Of a stretch of DNA of 64,000 bases, positions 27,402 to 37,604 are shown piece after piece. The stretch's first letter is position 1, and every line of letters starts with the position of its first letter. Below the pieces are notes generated by a model. It ran no database searches. It saw only the letters and a list, made by a program, of their open reading frames with translations, and was not told where the DNA came from. The stretch is from Alphaproteobacteria bacterium. Its GTDB lineage: Bacteria; Pseudomonadota; Alphaproteobacteria; JACZXZ01. Location: contig DASPOR010000117.1 of assembly GCA_035625915.1 (NCBI GenBank), positions 3,700 through 67,699 of the forward strand, written 5' to 3'. The position numbers and the translations under genes are program-made.

Positions 27402-28819
27402 ACGTTTTTTGCCGCGAGGTAACTGCGCGCCCGGCGCTTGCCGTCCTCGACGGCGGGCTGATCGTAAGGATTCACGTCCAACAAGTCGGCAGCGATGATA
27501 ACCTCGAACATATAGTGCATGAGCAGCGCCCCAAGCGATCGTTCATCGATTGTGTCGAGGGCAATGACGCGGGCCGGCCGCCCCGCAGCGACAAGCGTGT
27601 CGTGGGTCGCACGCTGCTCCGCGGAAAGGAGGTCACCCATGGTACGGCCGGCGAGATAGTCGAGGCGCCCGTCCGCCGCCAGGTCGTGCGGAATTCGTCG
27701 ACCCTTGCCCTCCTCCGCCGCGACAATGAGCGTGAACATCTTATCGGCTGGACCGTCAAGATAGAGCTGGAGCTGGCTATGCTGATCGACTGTGCCGAGG
27801 GCACGCGCAGGTGTCATGCCTTTGCCGTTCTTGCCCAGGCTTTCCGACCAGAGCTGGCGGAACCACATGCCGAAGGCCGCCAACCTGTCCACGTAGGGCA
27901 TGATTACGGTCGTCGAAAGTCCGTGATTGTTCTGAAGCGCCACCGTGATCGCGGCACCGACCGCTGGTGCAAAGTGCGCCGGCGTCGATGCGGCGAGCAT
28001 CGATTTGACAATCGGCACCGCTCCCTCTCGCACGGCGGCGATGTCGACGCCAGCGACCCGCGCTGGCAAGAGGCCCACCAGCGAAAGGACCGAAAAACGC
28101 CCGCCAATCTCCCGATCGTGATCCAGCACGGTAATTCCGAAACGCTCGGCCAACCGACGCATAGGGTTGTCGCCGGGCTCGGTGATCACCGTGAAGTGAC
28201 GGCCGGCATCTTTTTCACCCACCGCCTCTCGCAGTCCCGCGAGGCACACGAGGAATTGCGCCACCGTTTCGGGTGTGCCGCCCGATTTCGAGATGGCAAG
28301 AAATCCGGTACGCCGCAGGCCGACCGAACCGAAGAGGCCTTCGAACCGCTCGGGATCGATGTTGTCCAGGAAGTGGAGGCGTGGCGCCCCGGGCGGGGGG
28401 CCGAAGCCTTGATCGACTAGGGCAGCAAGCGAATGTCCGCCGAGGCTCGACCCGCCGGTGCCGAGGACCACAAGCTCGCTGAACGACGCGCGCAGACGCT
28501 GAGCATGCGTTTCGATGAGCGCCAGGTCGTCGCGGGTTTCGGGTAGCCGGAGAATTGGAAAGCCATCGGCATACTGCGCGCGCAAACGCTCAAGTACCGG
28601 AGCGGTCGCTGAGAGGGCGGCGGTGTACTCCGCTTCGGAAAGGCCACGGCGGCCGATTCGAGTCTCGAAGCATGCGTCGGCAATCTGCCGGTAGGCGACT
28701 CCGTGAATACCGCCGGGAAAATCAAGCCGAGGGATTGCGCTCGTCCCCAGCGCCGCAATCGGCGACGCGGCAGGTCGGGGTTTTTTCAGCTCAGTTCTCG
28801 AGCGCCGCCGATGATTCAA
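27398..28819 (-). CDS. pgi: glucose-6-phosphate isomerase (short bacterial form)
   Basis: SIS-domain motifs (LGTGGSSLG; SKSGGTPET; GGRFSVLSLVGLL) of the PGI family. N-terminal start is uncertain. Confidence 0.7.
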   Translation of the reverse strand: MNHRRRSRTELKKPRPAASPIAALGTSAIPRLDFPGGIHGVAYRQIADACFETRIGRRGLSEAEYTAALSATAPVLERLRAQYADGFPILRLPETRDDLALIETHAQRLRASFSELVVLGTGGSSLGGHSLAALVDQGFGPPPGAPRLHFLDNIDPERFEGLFGSVGLRRTGFLAISKSGGTPETVAQFLVCLAGLREAVGEKDAGRHFTVITEPGDNPMRRLAERFGITVLDHDREIGGRFSVLSLVGLLPARVAGVDIAAVREGAVPIVKSMLAASTPAHFAPAVGAAITVALQNNHGLSTTVIMPYVDRLAAFGMWFRQLWSESLGKNGKGMTPARALGTVDQHSQLQLYLDGPADKMFTLIVAAEEGKGRRIPHDLAADGRLDYLAGRTMGDLLSAEQRATHDTLVAAGRPARVIALDTIDERSLGALLMHYMFEVIIAADLLDVNPYDQPAVEDGKRRARSYLAAKNV

Positions 28820-28962
28820 ACCAGACCTCTCAAATTGTGCGGCGGCATTGGCGGGCCGACGCGCTCAGCACCGCGGTGTAGCTCTCACAGAAGCGCATGC
28901 GAAATCGAGACTCGGCCCTTAGCCGCGTCCCGCAACGATTTCTGGCGGCACCCTGCCGCCGC

Positions 28963-29520
28963 TTAGAACACCCCGCCGCTCGTGTCCTGACGCTCCATGG
29001 TCGGCTGGTTGTTATCGTTGAATATGCCGCCGAGGAAGCCGGAGTCCGACTTCTTCGATGGGTCCTGCGCCTGCTCAGGGGCGGGCTTCACGAGGTTGTT
29101 AACGAAGGCATTCTCCTGGTTGGAAAGATTAGTGGTCTCTTTGTCCACCTTTTGCCTTATGGCTGGATCGACCGACGAGGCGCCCGCATGCTGCAGAAGC
29201 GCCGATTCACCGAGCGTGCGGCCGGCCTTGCGTTGCACATTCGCTTCCTTGTCCTGGTTGAGCCCGAACACAGCCTGGCGGCCTTGCTGGGAGGCCGTAA
29301 AATCGCTCGTCCCGCTCGCACTGGACGGCGGACGGAGGCTGTAATCGGGTGGAAGCGTTAAGGGCGGGCGCTTTGTGCTGAACTCGTCTGGCGCGTCGAG
29401 GTTTTGCTGGCGCGCACTCGCGTCGCCGATCCCGACCGCAGACTTGATCGAATCGCACGCACCCAAACCGGCAAGGGCCAGGATTGCAATCAGAGCCCCT
29501 AGACTACTTCCCTTCCTCAT
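28963..29520 (-). CDS. DUF3035-like lipoprotein
   Basis: Lipobox-like LAGLGAC after a signal sequence. Pro/Ser-rich periplasmic protein located immediately downstream of lspA, as is usual in alphaproteobacteria. Confidence 0.5.
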   Translation of the reverse strand: MRKGSSLGALIAILALAGLGACDSIKSAVGIGDASARQQNLDAPDEFSTKRPPLTLPPDYSLRPPSSASGTSDFTASQQGRQAVFGLNQDKEANVQRKAGRTLGESALLQHAGASSVDPAIRQKVDKETTNLSNQENAFVNNLVKPAPEQAQDPSKKSDSGFLGGIFNDNNQPTMERQDTSGGVF

Positions 29521-29582
29521 CGACCTCGAACCCTCTTGCCAAATTGCCCTTTGTGACCTCGCTGGGCACCCCATCGGCGACC

Positions 29583-30104
29583 TTAAGTTTTACGGCTTTC
29601 TCGCCGGCTAAACAAGGCTTCGGCCAACAGGACGGCGACACCCACGTTTATTGCGGAATCGGCCAGATTGAATGCCGGAAAGTGGTATTCGCCCCAGTGA
29701 AAATCGATGAAATCGGTCACTGCCTGCTGGAAAAGCCGATCCACCACGTTGCCGAGGGCGCCGCCCGCGATCAAGCCGACAGCTATGGAAATCCATCGGT
29801 TGGCCGCCCGGCGCTGCCAAATGAAGAGCCAAATGACAACCGCAAGCGCCAGGGCGGAGAGGCCCCAAGGCGCCCACGACTCCTCGCCGCGGAGCATCCC
29901 GAAGCTGATACCTCGGTTGAACACGAGGACGAGATTGAGGAACGGAAGAAGCGGAATGACGCGCGGGGGCTGCATCACGCGCTCGACGATGAACCACTTG
30001 CTAAGCTGATCGAGAAGAATGACGGCGAGCGTAATCGCCACTGTAAGGCCGCTCGTCTGCTGACGGACTTGCGCATCGGTGTCCCGATGCTCTCCTGTTA
30101 TCAT
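29583..30104 (-). CDS. lspA: signal peptidase II (lipoprotein signal peptidase)
   Basis: Four TM segments with conserved NRGISFG and FNLADSAI (catalytic Asp) motifs. Confidence 0.85.
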   Translation of the reverse strand: MITGEHRDTDAQVRQQTSGLTVAITLAVILLDQLSKWFIVERVMQPPRVIPLLPFLNLVLVFNRGISFGMLRGEESWAPWGLSALALAVVIWLFIWQRRAANRWISIAVGLIAGGALGNVVDRLFQQAVTDFIDFHWGEYHFPAFNLADSAINVGVAVLLAEALFSRRESRKT

Positions 30105-30126
30105 GAATTCGAACCTTCCAGTCAGA

Positions 30127-31134
30127 TCATGGCGCCTTTTTCGGTTTTTCCTTGGCAGGCCGGAACGGCGTTGCCGGCCAATTGTGTTCCCACCGCTCGG
30201 ACGCCAAGATGATGCGCGCGCGACGGCTGTCCTCTGTCATTTCGGCGATCAGATCGTCAACGCTGTCGAACTTCATCTCCGGTCTGAGATGATCGACGAG
30301 TGCGACCCGGAGATGCCGACCATAGATTTCATCTGAAAAGTCGAAGAGATGCGTTTCGAGCAGAAGCGTGTTGCCATCGAACATCGGTCGCACGCCCAAG
30401 TTGGCGACACCGGCATGCCACTGGATTTCATGGCCGCGGTCGATGCCCGCGCGCACGGCATACACCCCACGCGCAGGCTCGAGGAAGCCATCGAGTGCGA
30501 GATTGGCCGTCGGATAGCCAAGTACGCGGCCGCGCCGATCGCCGGGTTGAACGCGCCCTTCGATCTCCCAATAGCGGCCGAGAAGAAGGGCTGCGCGCGT
30601 TGGATTGCCGGCCTGGAGGTAATCTCGCACGCGCGTCGACGAGTATATCTCCTCCGCCGGCCCACGCACTCGGGTCAGGCAAGTGACGCCGAAACCGGCG
30701 ATCTCGCCGAGGGACGCAAGGATTTCGGCGTTACCGCCGCGCCTGTGGCCGAACGCGAAATTGTCGCCGACGACCGCGTGGCGGATGCCGAGGCCGGCGA
30801 CCAGCACGTCCGCGACGAAACGCTCCGCGGTGAGCCTCGAGAGCGTTTCGTCAAAGCTAAGGACAAATAGCTCGTCGACGCCTAGCGATTGGATCAGACG
30901 CGCCTTGATCCGAAACGGTGTAAGGCGGAATGGAGGCTGGTCGGGGCGGAAAAAGCTTCTTGGATGGGGCTCGAAGGTCAGGACGGCCAGCGGTGCGGCC
31001 ATACCCCGCGCCATCCTTCCAGCTTCGTCGATGATGGCTTGATGGCCGCGGTGAATGCCGTCGAAATTGCCGATTGCAACGACGGCACCTCGCGCATTTT
31101 CCGGTAGCTCCGAGTAGTGACGAAACACGCGCAT
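30127..31134 (-). CDS. ribF: bifunctional riboflavin kinase/FAD synthetase
   Basis: VVAIGNFDGIHRGHQ nucleotidyltransferase motif and C-terminal riboflavin kinase (PTANL...GVANLG). Confidence 0.9.
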   Translation of the reverse strand: MRVFRHYSELPENARGAVVAIGNFDGIHRGHQAIIDEAGRMARGMAAPLAVLTFEPHPRSFFRPDQPPFRLTPFRIKARLIQSLGVDELFVLSFDETLSRLTAERFVADVLVAGLGIRHAVVGDNFAFGHRRGGNAEILASLGEIAGFGVTCLTRVRGPAEEIYSSTRVRDYLQAGNPTRAALLLGRYWEIEGRVQPGDRRGRVLGYPTANLALDGFLEPARGVYAVRAGIDRGHEIQWHAGVANLGVRPMFDGNTLLLETHLFDFSDEIYGRHLRVALVDHLRPEMKFDSVDDLIAEMTEDSRRARIILASERWEHNWPATPFRPAKEKPKKAP

Positions 31135-31325
31135 GGCTTCGGAACCCGCTCGATCTCCAGCACCTTGGCAGTGCTTGGCTTATAGCGATGCGGGGGCCGA
31201 GCGTCCATCGCCGCGGCGTGCCGCGACGAAAGGGCGCCTTCGCGAGTCTAAATGCTTTTTACCGGATTGAGCCGCCGCGCCAGAACCGAGCGGGTCGTCA
31301 TGTTTGCCGCACTAAACGTGACGCG

Positions 31326-31799
31326 TCAGGCGCCAGCGCGGGAAGGCACCATGACCTGGGCCTCGCCCTCGAGCACCACGCGGTTGTTCACCGTGCAAAC
31401 CGTCAAAAGCGTCGCCTTACGCTTCGAGATGTCGACTGCGGTAATCGTGACTCTCGCATTGACGGTGTCACCCGAGCGCACGGGCGCTTTGAATTTGAGG
31501 CTTTGATTGAGATAGATGCAGCCCGGACCGGGGAGCTTCGTGCCGAGCACCGTCGAGATGAAGCTTGCGGTCAGCATGCCGTGCGCGATGCGTCCTTCGA
31601 ACATCGTGTTGGCTGCGAATTCATGGTTCAGGTGAACCGGATTGAGATCGCCCGAGATGCCGGCGAATAGCACGATATCCGCGTCGGTCACGGTGCGCGC
31701 GTAAAGCGCGTTCATGCCGGTCTTCAGATCCTCAATGTAATAACCGTGCAGCTCGTCAAGTGCCGCTTGCCGCCGGTCGTCAACCATCTCCAAGGCCAT
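31326..31799 (-). CDS. MaoC-family (R)-specific enoyl-CoA hydratase/dehydratase
   Basis: Hot-dog fold signature (FAGISGDLNPVHLNHEFA...GRIAHGML). Confidence 0.8.
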   Translation of the reverse strand: MALEMVDDRRQAALDELHGYYIEDLKTGMNALYARTVTDADIVLFAGISGDLNPVHLNHEFAANTMFEGRIAHGMLTASFISTVLGTKLPGPGCIYLNQSLKFKAPVRSGDTVNARVTITAVDISKRKATLLTVCTVNNRVVLEGEAQVMVPSRAGA

Positions 31800-31841
31800 T
31801 GGGCTATCCCTTTTCGTTGTGCGTCAGGCGCCCGCACGTGA

Positions 31842-31868
31842 TGCGCCGCAATATTATATTGCGGCGCA
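31842..31868. promoter_or_regulatory. perfect 13+1+13 bp palindrome TGCGCCGCAATAT-T-ATATTGCGGCGCA, 40-70 bp upstream of the MaoC dehydratase start and downstream of the amidase gene
   Basis: Seen directly in the sequence. It sits in an A+T-rich spacer (tgtaaataatttatgaaaaaagg follows). It may be an operator or a bidirectional terminator. Confidence 0.4.
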
Positions 31869-32002
31869 CTGTAAATAATTTATGAAAAAAGGCAAAGAAG
31901 TTTAGGGCGTTCGAGCTATCATGAAAGACAGATTCAAGCTATTCCAATAACTTATCTTTAGCGCCTGTGAAGTATCGCCGATGGAAGCGAGTTTCGCAGA
32001 TG

Positions 32003-33409
32003 CTAAGAATGGCCGATTCGGGGATCGATCGGCAGTTTTTGGGCAAGGCCAGCATCGGCCTCGAAAATTGCCGCCGCCTCGAGTAGGGCGGCCTCCCCGC
32101 GCGGACGGCCAATGATCTGGAGACCAACAGGTCGGCCATCTGCCGTGAAGCCGCAGGGTATTGAAATAGCCGGGCAACCGGCCAGCGTGCCCGGAAACGC
32201 AATTGTCAGCCAGTCCATGTAGTTGTCGAGCTTGTGCCCCTCGATTTCTTCGACGTAGCGCTGCTCCACGGGAAACGGTGGGACGGCTGAAGCAGGGCAG
32301 GCAAGCAAATCGTAATCGGCGAAGAACGCGGCCATGCGGTTGAGAAGGGCGCTCCGCGCCAAGGTGGCGCGCCCGATGTCCTCGGCCGAAAGCTTGAGGC
32401 CTTTTTCGATGTTCCAGATCATCTCAGGTTTCAACCGATTACGATGTTTGAGGAGTTTTTCCGCATGTCCCGTCACGAATTTGGCAGCACGCAATGTTTG
32501 GAAGATGGCGCCCGCGTCGCGCAGGTCGGGGCACGCCTCCTCGACGGAAGCGCCCAACCCTTCAAAGCGTCGCACGGCCTTGGTGCAGATTTCCTTGACC
32601 TCGCGCGCGATCGGGAGGCTGCCGAGGTCGGCGCTGAAAGCTATACGCTTCGCCATCGTGGGTGCGGCGACATGGTCGCTGAAGGAGCGTGCGGGCGGAT
32701 GCACGGCAAGCGGATCGCGGGGGTCGGCGCCGACCATGGCGTCGAGCATGAGGGCGAGATCGCCCACATTGCGCGCCATCGGCCCGTCTACCGCGAGCGT
32801 GTCGAACGCGTCCGCCTTGGGCCCGTGCGCCACGAGGCCCGGGCTTTGTCGCAGGCCGACGACGCCGCAGAAACTGGCTGGCGTGCGCAGGCTACCGCCA
32901 AGATCCGAACCGTTGGCGAGCCAAACCTGCCCGACGGCGAGGGCGACCGCAGCCCCGCCCGACGAACCCCCGGCCGTCAGCACCGTGTTCCAAGGATTGC
33001 GCGTCGGGCCGAACACTTCGTTGAAAGTGTTCCCGCCGGCCCCGAATTCGGGCGTGTTCGATTTTGCGACCACGACCCCGCCATTGCGTTCGAGGGTTTC
33101 GACGACGACATCGGAATGCTGCGAAACATGATCCGCGAAAATTGGCGAGCCCCAAGTCGTCCGCACGCCCGCAACCTCGACGAGATCCTTGATTGCGATG
33201 GGCAGGCCTGCGAGCAGGGAACCGCGCGAAACTCGGGAAGCGTACTTGCGCGCGCGCTCGGGGCAGAGCGTGGGGAGCGCGTTGACCGCTCGATCCGTCG
33301 CCTTGATGCGGGCAAGGGCCGCATCGATGAGTTCGTCCGGCGAGACATCGCCGCGCTTGAGGGACCGAACCGCCTCGCGCGCGGTCATCTTGTAAAGTTC
33401 CGCTGTCAT
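32003..33409 (-). CDS. amidase (amidase-signature family)
   Basis: GGSSGGAAVALA amidase signature and catalytic Ser-cisSer-Lys region. 468 aa. Confidence 0.8.
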   Translation of the reverse strand: MTAELYKMTAREAVRSLKRGDVSPDELIDAALARIKATDRAVNALPTLCPERARKYASRVSRGSLLAGLPIAIKDLVEVAGVRTTWGSPIFADHVSQHSDVVVETLERNGGVVVAKSNTPEFGAGGNTFNEVFGPTRNPWNTVLTAGGSSGGAAVALAVGQVWLANGSDLGGSLRTPASFCGVVGLRQSPGLVAHGPKADAFDTLAVDGPMARNVGDLALMLDAMVGADPRDPLAVHPPARSFSDHVAAPTMAKRIAFSADLGSLPIAREVKEICTKAVRRFEGLGASVEEACPDLRDAGAIFQTLRAAKFVTGHAEKLLKHRNRLKPEMIWNIEKGLKLSAEDIGRATLARSALLNRMAAFFADYDLLACPASAVPPFPVEQRYVEEIEGHKLDNYMDWLTIAFPGTLAGCPAISIPCGFTADGRPVGLQIIGRPRGEAALLEAAAIFEADAGLAQKLPIDPRIGHS

Positions 33410-33707
33410 GGCGCGGGAGTGGACCAGAGCCTTTAAGGCTCGTCAATCGCCGAATGCCGGCTCATGCCCGCGTCCATGCGAACGGCCGGAGGCTTTGTTT
33501 TCTCGACCGTCGGCCAGGGGGCACATTGTGTGGTTTTCTATTGCCGGGCAGGCAGCCTATAATCGGGCCGGGAGCGGCTGCTTTTATTCGCACGATGAGT
33601 CGCCGGTCGTTGTTTTTAGCGCCGTCGGCCACCAGGGCGCATCATTGCCCACTCAAAAAACCCCGCCCGTTCCTCGGCGCCAGCCCGAGGCGCGGCGATC
33701 TCCAATG

Positions 33708-34430
33708 AGGGGGATCAGGATGCCGAAAACCAAAGAAATTGCCCACACGCTCAAGCCGATCGCACTTTTCGATGAAATCCCCGAAAAAGTTCGTGTGGAC
33801 TACGAACATCGGTGCGCTTGGCGGCGCTGCAAACCCGAAGAGCAAATTATCGATCGCTCGAGCGACACCCACGAGGTGTTTTTCGTCGTTGCAGGCAGCG
33901 TAAGGATCGTGAATTTCTCGCTCTCCGGCCGCGAGATCAGCTTCGATGATCTCCACGCCGGGGACTTCTTCGGCGAGCTCGCCGCGATCGATGGCAAACC
34001 GCGCTCCGCGAGTGCCGTGGCCTTGACGGAATCGGTGCTGGCCATAATGCCGCCCGAGACTTTCCGAGCGATGGTGACCGAGCATCCAACGCTCGCCCTC
34101 GCCATCATGCGTCGCCTGGCGAAGATAATCCGCGTCTCCACCGGGCGGATCATGGACCTCTCCACGCTAGCGGCCCACGATCGAGTTTGTGCCGAACTCG
34201 TGCGTCTTGCGCGGCCCAATCTCAAGAGCGACGGCACGGCGCGCATAAGCCCAATTCCTATCCACTCGGATATCGCCAGTCGTGTTTCGACCACGCGCGA
34301 AACCGTCGCCCGTGTCCTCGGCGAGCTTGCAAAGCATCGCCTGCTCAAGCGCGAACACGATGCCCTCGTCGTCCTCGATTTTGAGGGGCTCGAGGCGGCC
34401 GTCGAAGAGATCGCCGACGAAGTCGGGTGA
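33708..34430 (+). CDS. Crp/Fnr-family transcriptional regulator
   Basis: cNMP-binding beta-barrel (GDFFGELAAIDGKPRSASAVA) and C-terminal HTH (RETVARVLGELAKHRLL). The start is taken at MRGIRMPKTKE; the upstream in-frame ORF part overlaps the amidase and looks non-coding. Confidence 0.75.
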   Translation, partial: RGIRMPKTKEIAHTLKPIALFDEIPEKVRVDYEHRCAWRRCKPEEQIIDRSSDTHEVFFVVAGSVRIVNFSLSGREISFDDLHAGDFFGELAAIDGKPRSASAVALTESVLAIMPPETFRAMVTEHPTLALAIMRRLAKIIRVSTGRIMDLSTLAAHDRVCAELVRLARPNLKSDGTARISPIPIHSDIASRVSTTRETVARVLGELAKHRLLKREHDALVVLDFEGLEAAVEEIADEVG

Positions 34431-34667
34431 GGTGATCGATTTCCGACCGCCACAGCGCTTAAGCCGGGTGAAAATTTCCTCCAGGCCTGTGACCCAGGTC
34501 ACTGAGGGCAGGCCGCGGCCCGTTTAGGGTTAAGGTTAGATTGTAGCCCCGATCCTTCCTCCTTCATTCGGGTCCTTCAATCCGGGAACCTCACTCCTCC
34601 TGCAAGACGCCTAGGGCCGGGAATTTTTCCCGGCCCTACTTTATTCGGCTTTCGCCCGAAATGATGG

Positions 34668-36899
34668 CTACTTCGTGAGCGCCACGTAAACCCCGTCCCA
34701 GTCCGCCGGCGGAGGGGCCTTCTCGAAATCCGCAAGGCGTTCCTCATAGACCCCATAGAACGCCTGAAGCATTTCCGGCGCTTCGGCACGGCTCGCTTCG
34801 AGCGCTTGGCGTGCCCGCGCCCAATCCTTGGCGCGATAAGCCGCGATGAGGGCGTCGTGGTCCGCCTTGAGCGCTGAAAAGGTCGGATTGCCCGACATCG
34901 TCTCATCGCCCAGGAGCGCGAATATGCGGACCGGCTGGGTCTTGCCCTTGACACGGATGAGGTCGAGTTCCAATGCCGCGAGTGCGGACGCCGAAGCCGC
35001 GGTCGTCTCGCCGATCACGATGTCGACGCCGTATGTCTTCGACTGACCCTCGAGCCTCGAGGCGAGGTTCACGTCGTCGCCTAGGACCGAATAATCGAAC
35101 CGCTGATCCGATCCCATGTTGCCCACACAGCAGACGCCGGTATTGAGGCCGATGCCGACGCGCACCTCGTGAAAGGCCTTGCCCTCGGCTTGCGCCTGGT
35201 GGCGCCACTCGTCGTTGAGGCGGACGAGGTCGGCACGCATGCTGAGTGCGGCGCGGCAAGCGCTGAGCGCATGTGCCGGATCGTCGAGTGGGGCGTTCCA
35301 GAACGCCATGATCGCGTCGCCCATGTATTTATCGATCGTCCCGCCGGAGGCGAGGATGAGATCGGTCATGGGTGTGAGGAAGCTGTTGATGAAGCGCGTC
35401 AGGCCGTGAGCGTCGAAGCCCTCGGCGATCGTGGTAAAGCCGCGAATATCGCAGAACATGAGCGTCATCTCGCGCATTTCGCCGCCGAGCTTAAGTCTTT
35501 CAGGGTGGTTTGCGAGTTGCGTGACGATGGCAGGCGCCAAATATCGACTGAACGCGGTTCGCACGCGTCGGCGCTCCGCTTCGGTGCGCAGATAGAGAAT
35601 GGCGGACGACGAAAGATAAACGAGAAGCACGACGAGCGAGGGAGTCACGGGATCGAGCAGGAGCTTGTACTGGCTATAGGCGTAGACCGAGACGCCGACC
35701 GCCGCTACCAGCGCCCCCGCACCGACGAGTGCAGCCCATTGTGCGCCGACCTTGGGCAGCCGCGCGGTGAGGAAGAGGCCGAGGCCTAGCATGTAGAGGA
35801 GTTCGAGCCCCGGCGCCCAGTCGGGCCGCTTGAGGTGATCGTCGAGCAGGATCTGTTCGACGAGCTGCGCATGCACTTCGACGCCGGGTGCGACCGGATC
35901 GAGCGGGGTCGAGCGAAGGTCGAGCAGACCGGCAGCACTTGCGCCGATGAAGACGATGCTGTCCTTGATCAGACTGCTGTCGAAGCCTGGCTCGAAGACC
36001 TTCCAAGCCGGCACGAAACGCTGCGCCACGTGGCCGGTATAGTGCACCCAGAGCCGGCCGTTCCCATCGGTTGGCACGATCAGGTCGCCGATCTTGATCG
36101 AATTGATGCCGGTGTGCGCGCCGAACGCCGTTTCCTGATTCGCACCCGAGGATTTGACGATATCCGTCTTAGCCCCTTGCGCCACCCGCAATGCCTCCGC
36201 GGCGAGGGTGGGATAGATCCGGGTCCCCATCGCAAGAAGAAGCGGCACGCGGCGCGTGATGCCGTCCAACTCGACAAGATCGGTGAAGGTACCGTTGCCG
36301 GTTGCGGCTGCCTCGAGGATCGGCAAATTCGTTACCGCACCCGGAAATCGGAACACGAAGGGATGGGGGTCGTCTCCGGCGAAGGCGAAGCTTGCCTTGG
36401 CGGCGGGCACGCGGGTACCGGTGCGCTGGTTGAGGGCAAAGCCCGTGGCAACGCGGGCGCGCTTCATCGCTTCGGCAAGCACTTCGTCGTGGTCGGGTAA
36501 GCTCTTGAGCCGCAATATCGCTGGATCGTCAGCCGGCAAGGCGCTCAGGTCCGCGAGCAGGCGCGTTGGCGAGGTACGGTCCGGCTCGGCGAAGACGATA
36601 TCGAACACGATCGCCGCAGCACCTAACTCATTGAGGCGATCCACGAGCTTGGCGACGAGCGTGCGCGGCCACGGCCATTGGCCGAGGCGCGAGAGGGATT
36701 CGTCGTCGAGGTCGACGATGCGCACGGGTGCTGGCTCATAGGCGCGCGGCTCCATGCGCAAATAGCTGTCGAAGACGAGGAATCGGAGCTGGGTGAGGAT
36801 TGCAGGTTCGCTATACCAGCCGGCTAAAGCGACCGCCATGATCGCGAGCGGCAAGGTCCAGTGAAGCTTCCGCTTGAGGTATCCCCACGCCCAATGCAT
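34668..36899 (-). CDS. CHASE2 sensor domain-containing class III adenylate/guanylate cyclase
   Basis: N-terminal TM + CHASE2 (QWPWPR motif), several TM helices, and a C-terminal cyclase domain (FCDIRGFTTIAEG...GDAIMAFW...GIGLNTG...GDDVNLASRLE). Confidence 0.8.
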   Translation of the reverse strand: MHWAWGYLKRKLHWTLPLAIMAVALAGWYSEPAILTQLRFLVFDSYLRMEPRAYEPAPVRIVDLDDESLSRLGQWPWPRTLVAKLVDRLNELGAAAIVFDIVFAEPDRTSPTRLLADLSALPADDPAILRLKSLPDHDEVLAEAMKRARVATGFALNQRTGTRVPAAKASFAFAGDDPHPFVFRFPGAVTNLPILEAAATGNGTFTDLVELDGITRRVPLLLAMGTRIYPTLAAEALRVAQGAKTDIVKSSGANQETAFGAHTGINSIKIGDLIVPTDGNGRLWVHYTGHVAQRFVPAWKVFEPGFDSSLIKDSIVFIGASAAGLLDLRSTPLDPVAPGVEVHAQLVEQILLDDHLKRPDWAPGLELLYMLGLGLFLTARLPKVGAQWAALVGAGALVAAVGVSVYAYSQYKLLLDPVTPSLVVLLVYLSSSAILYLRTEAERRRVRTAFSRYLAPAIVTQLANHPERLKLGGEMREMTLMFCDIRGFTTIAEGFDAHGLTRFINSFLTPMTDLILASGGTIDKYMGDAIMAFWNAPLDDPAHALSACRAALSMRADLVRLNDEWRHQAQAEGKAFHEVRVGIGLNTGVCCVGNMGSDQRFDYSVLGDDVNLASRLEGQSKTYGVDIVIGETTAASASALAALELDLIRVKGKTQPVRIFALLGDETMSGNPTFSALKADHDALIAAYRAKDWARARQALEASRAEAPEMLQAFYGVYEERLADFEKAPPPADWDGVYVALTK

Positions 36900-36959
36900 T
36901 ACACAATGCTAATATTAAGTGGGGCTTTGCGCCATAGACCGAGTGCGACGGCAGCATGG

Positions 36960-37125
36960 CTAGTGTGGCGAATCCGAAATTCGCCACATCTTGGGTGCGG
37001 GAGTGAGCGAACTTCGGATTCAAAGCCACACTAGCAATATTTTGTATCTAGTGCGGTATTCGGATTTGAAGTTCCTAAACGCGCATACCACCAAAATGAC
37101 AGGAACTTCAAATCCACCACACTAG
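36960..37125 (+). repeat. MITE-like two-hairpin interspersed repeat, copy 3
   Basis: ctagtgtggcgaatccgaaattcgccacatc...gcgaacttcggattcaaagccacactag + ctagtgcggtattcggatttgaagttcc...ggaacttcaaatccaccacactag. The terminal CTAG contains the mutT stop codon. Confidence 0.85.
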
Positions 37126-37577
37126 AGCAGTTCCTGAAGCACGGGGATCAACGGAGCGTCCGCAGGCGGCATGGGGTAATCGCCGAGGCGCTCCGGGCGT
37201 ACCCATTTGAGGTTTTGCCCCTCCTTCCCTCTCGCTGTCCCGTTCCATACCCGGCAGACATAAAGCGGCATGAGAAGGTGAAACCGTTCGTAGCGGTAAG
37301 ACGCGAAGGTGAGCGGGGCAAGGCAGCTTTCGGAGGTATCGATGCCGAGTTCTTCCTCGAGTTCGCGCACGAGGGCGGCCTCCGGGGCCTCGTCGTCCTT
37401 GGGTTTGCCGCCGGGGAATTCCCAGAGCCCGGCCATCGGCTTGCCGGCTGGACGTTGGGCGAGCAAAACCCGCCCGTCGACGTCGACGAGAGCCACCGCC
37501 ACCACAAGGACGACGGGCAACGGATCGCCCGCTTCCTGGCCTCCACGATGCGCCAGTACCTCCTCGCAGCCCTTCAT
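37122..37577 (-). CDS. mutT: 8-oxo-dGTP diphosphatase (NUDIX hydrolase)
   Basis: Nudix box GKPKDDEAPEAALVRELEEELGI. Conserved position downstream of argJ. Confidence 0.8.
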   Translation of the reverse strand: MKGCEEVLAHRGGQEAGDPLPVVLVVAVALVDVDGRVLLAQRPAGKPMAGLWEFPGGKPKDDEAPEAALVRELEEELGIDTSESCLAPLTFASYRYERFHLLMPLYVCRVWNGTARGKEGQNLKWVRPERLGDYPMPPADAPLIPVLQELL

Positions 37578-37604
37578 TGGCGCGCCCCCTTGACCGCGAA
37601 TTGG

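Noticed and set aside
33408-33707. Upstream 100 codons of the Crp/Fnr ORF and ORFs 33454-33708 and 32444-33436
   Set aside because: This region is the 5' end or antisense strand of the amidase gene. The Crp-family fold begins only after MRGIRMPKTKE.
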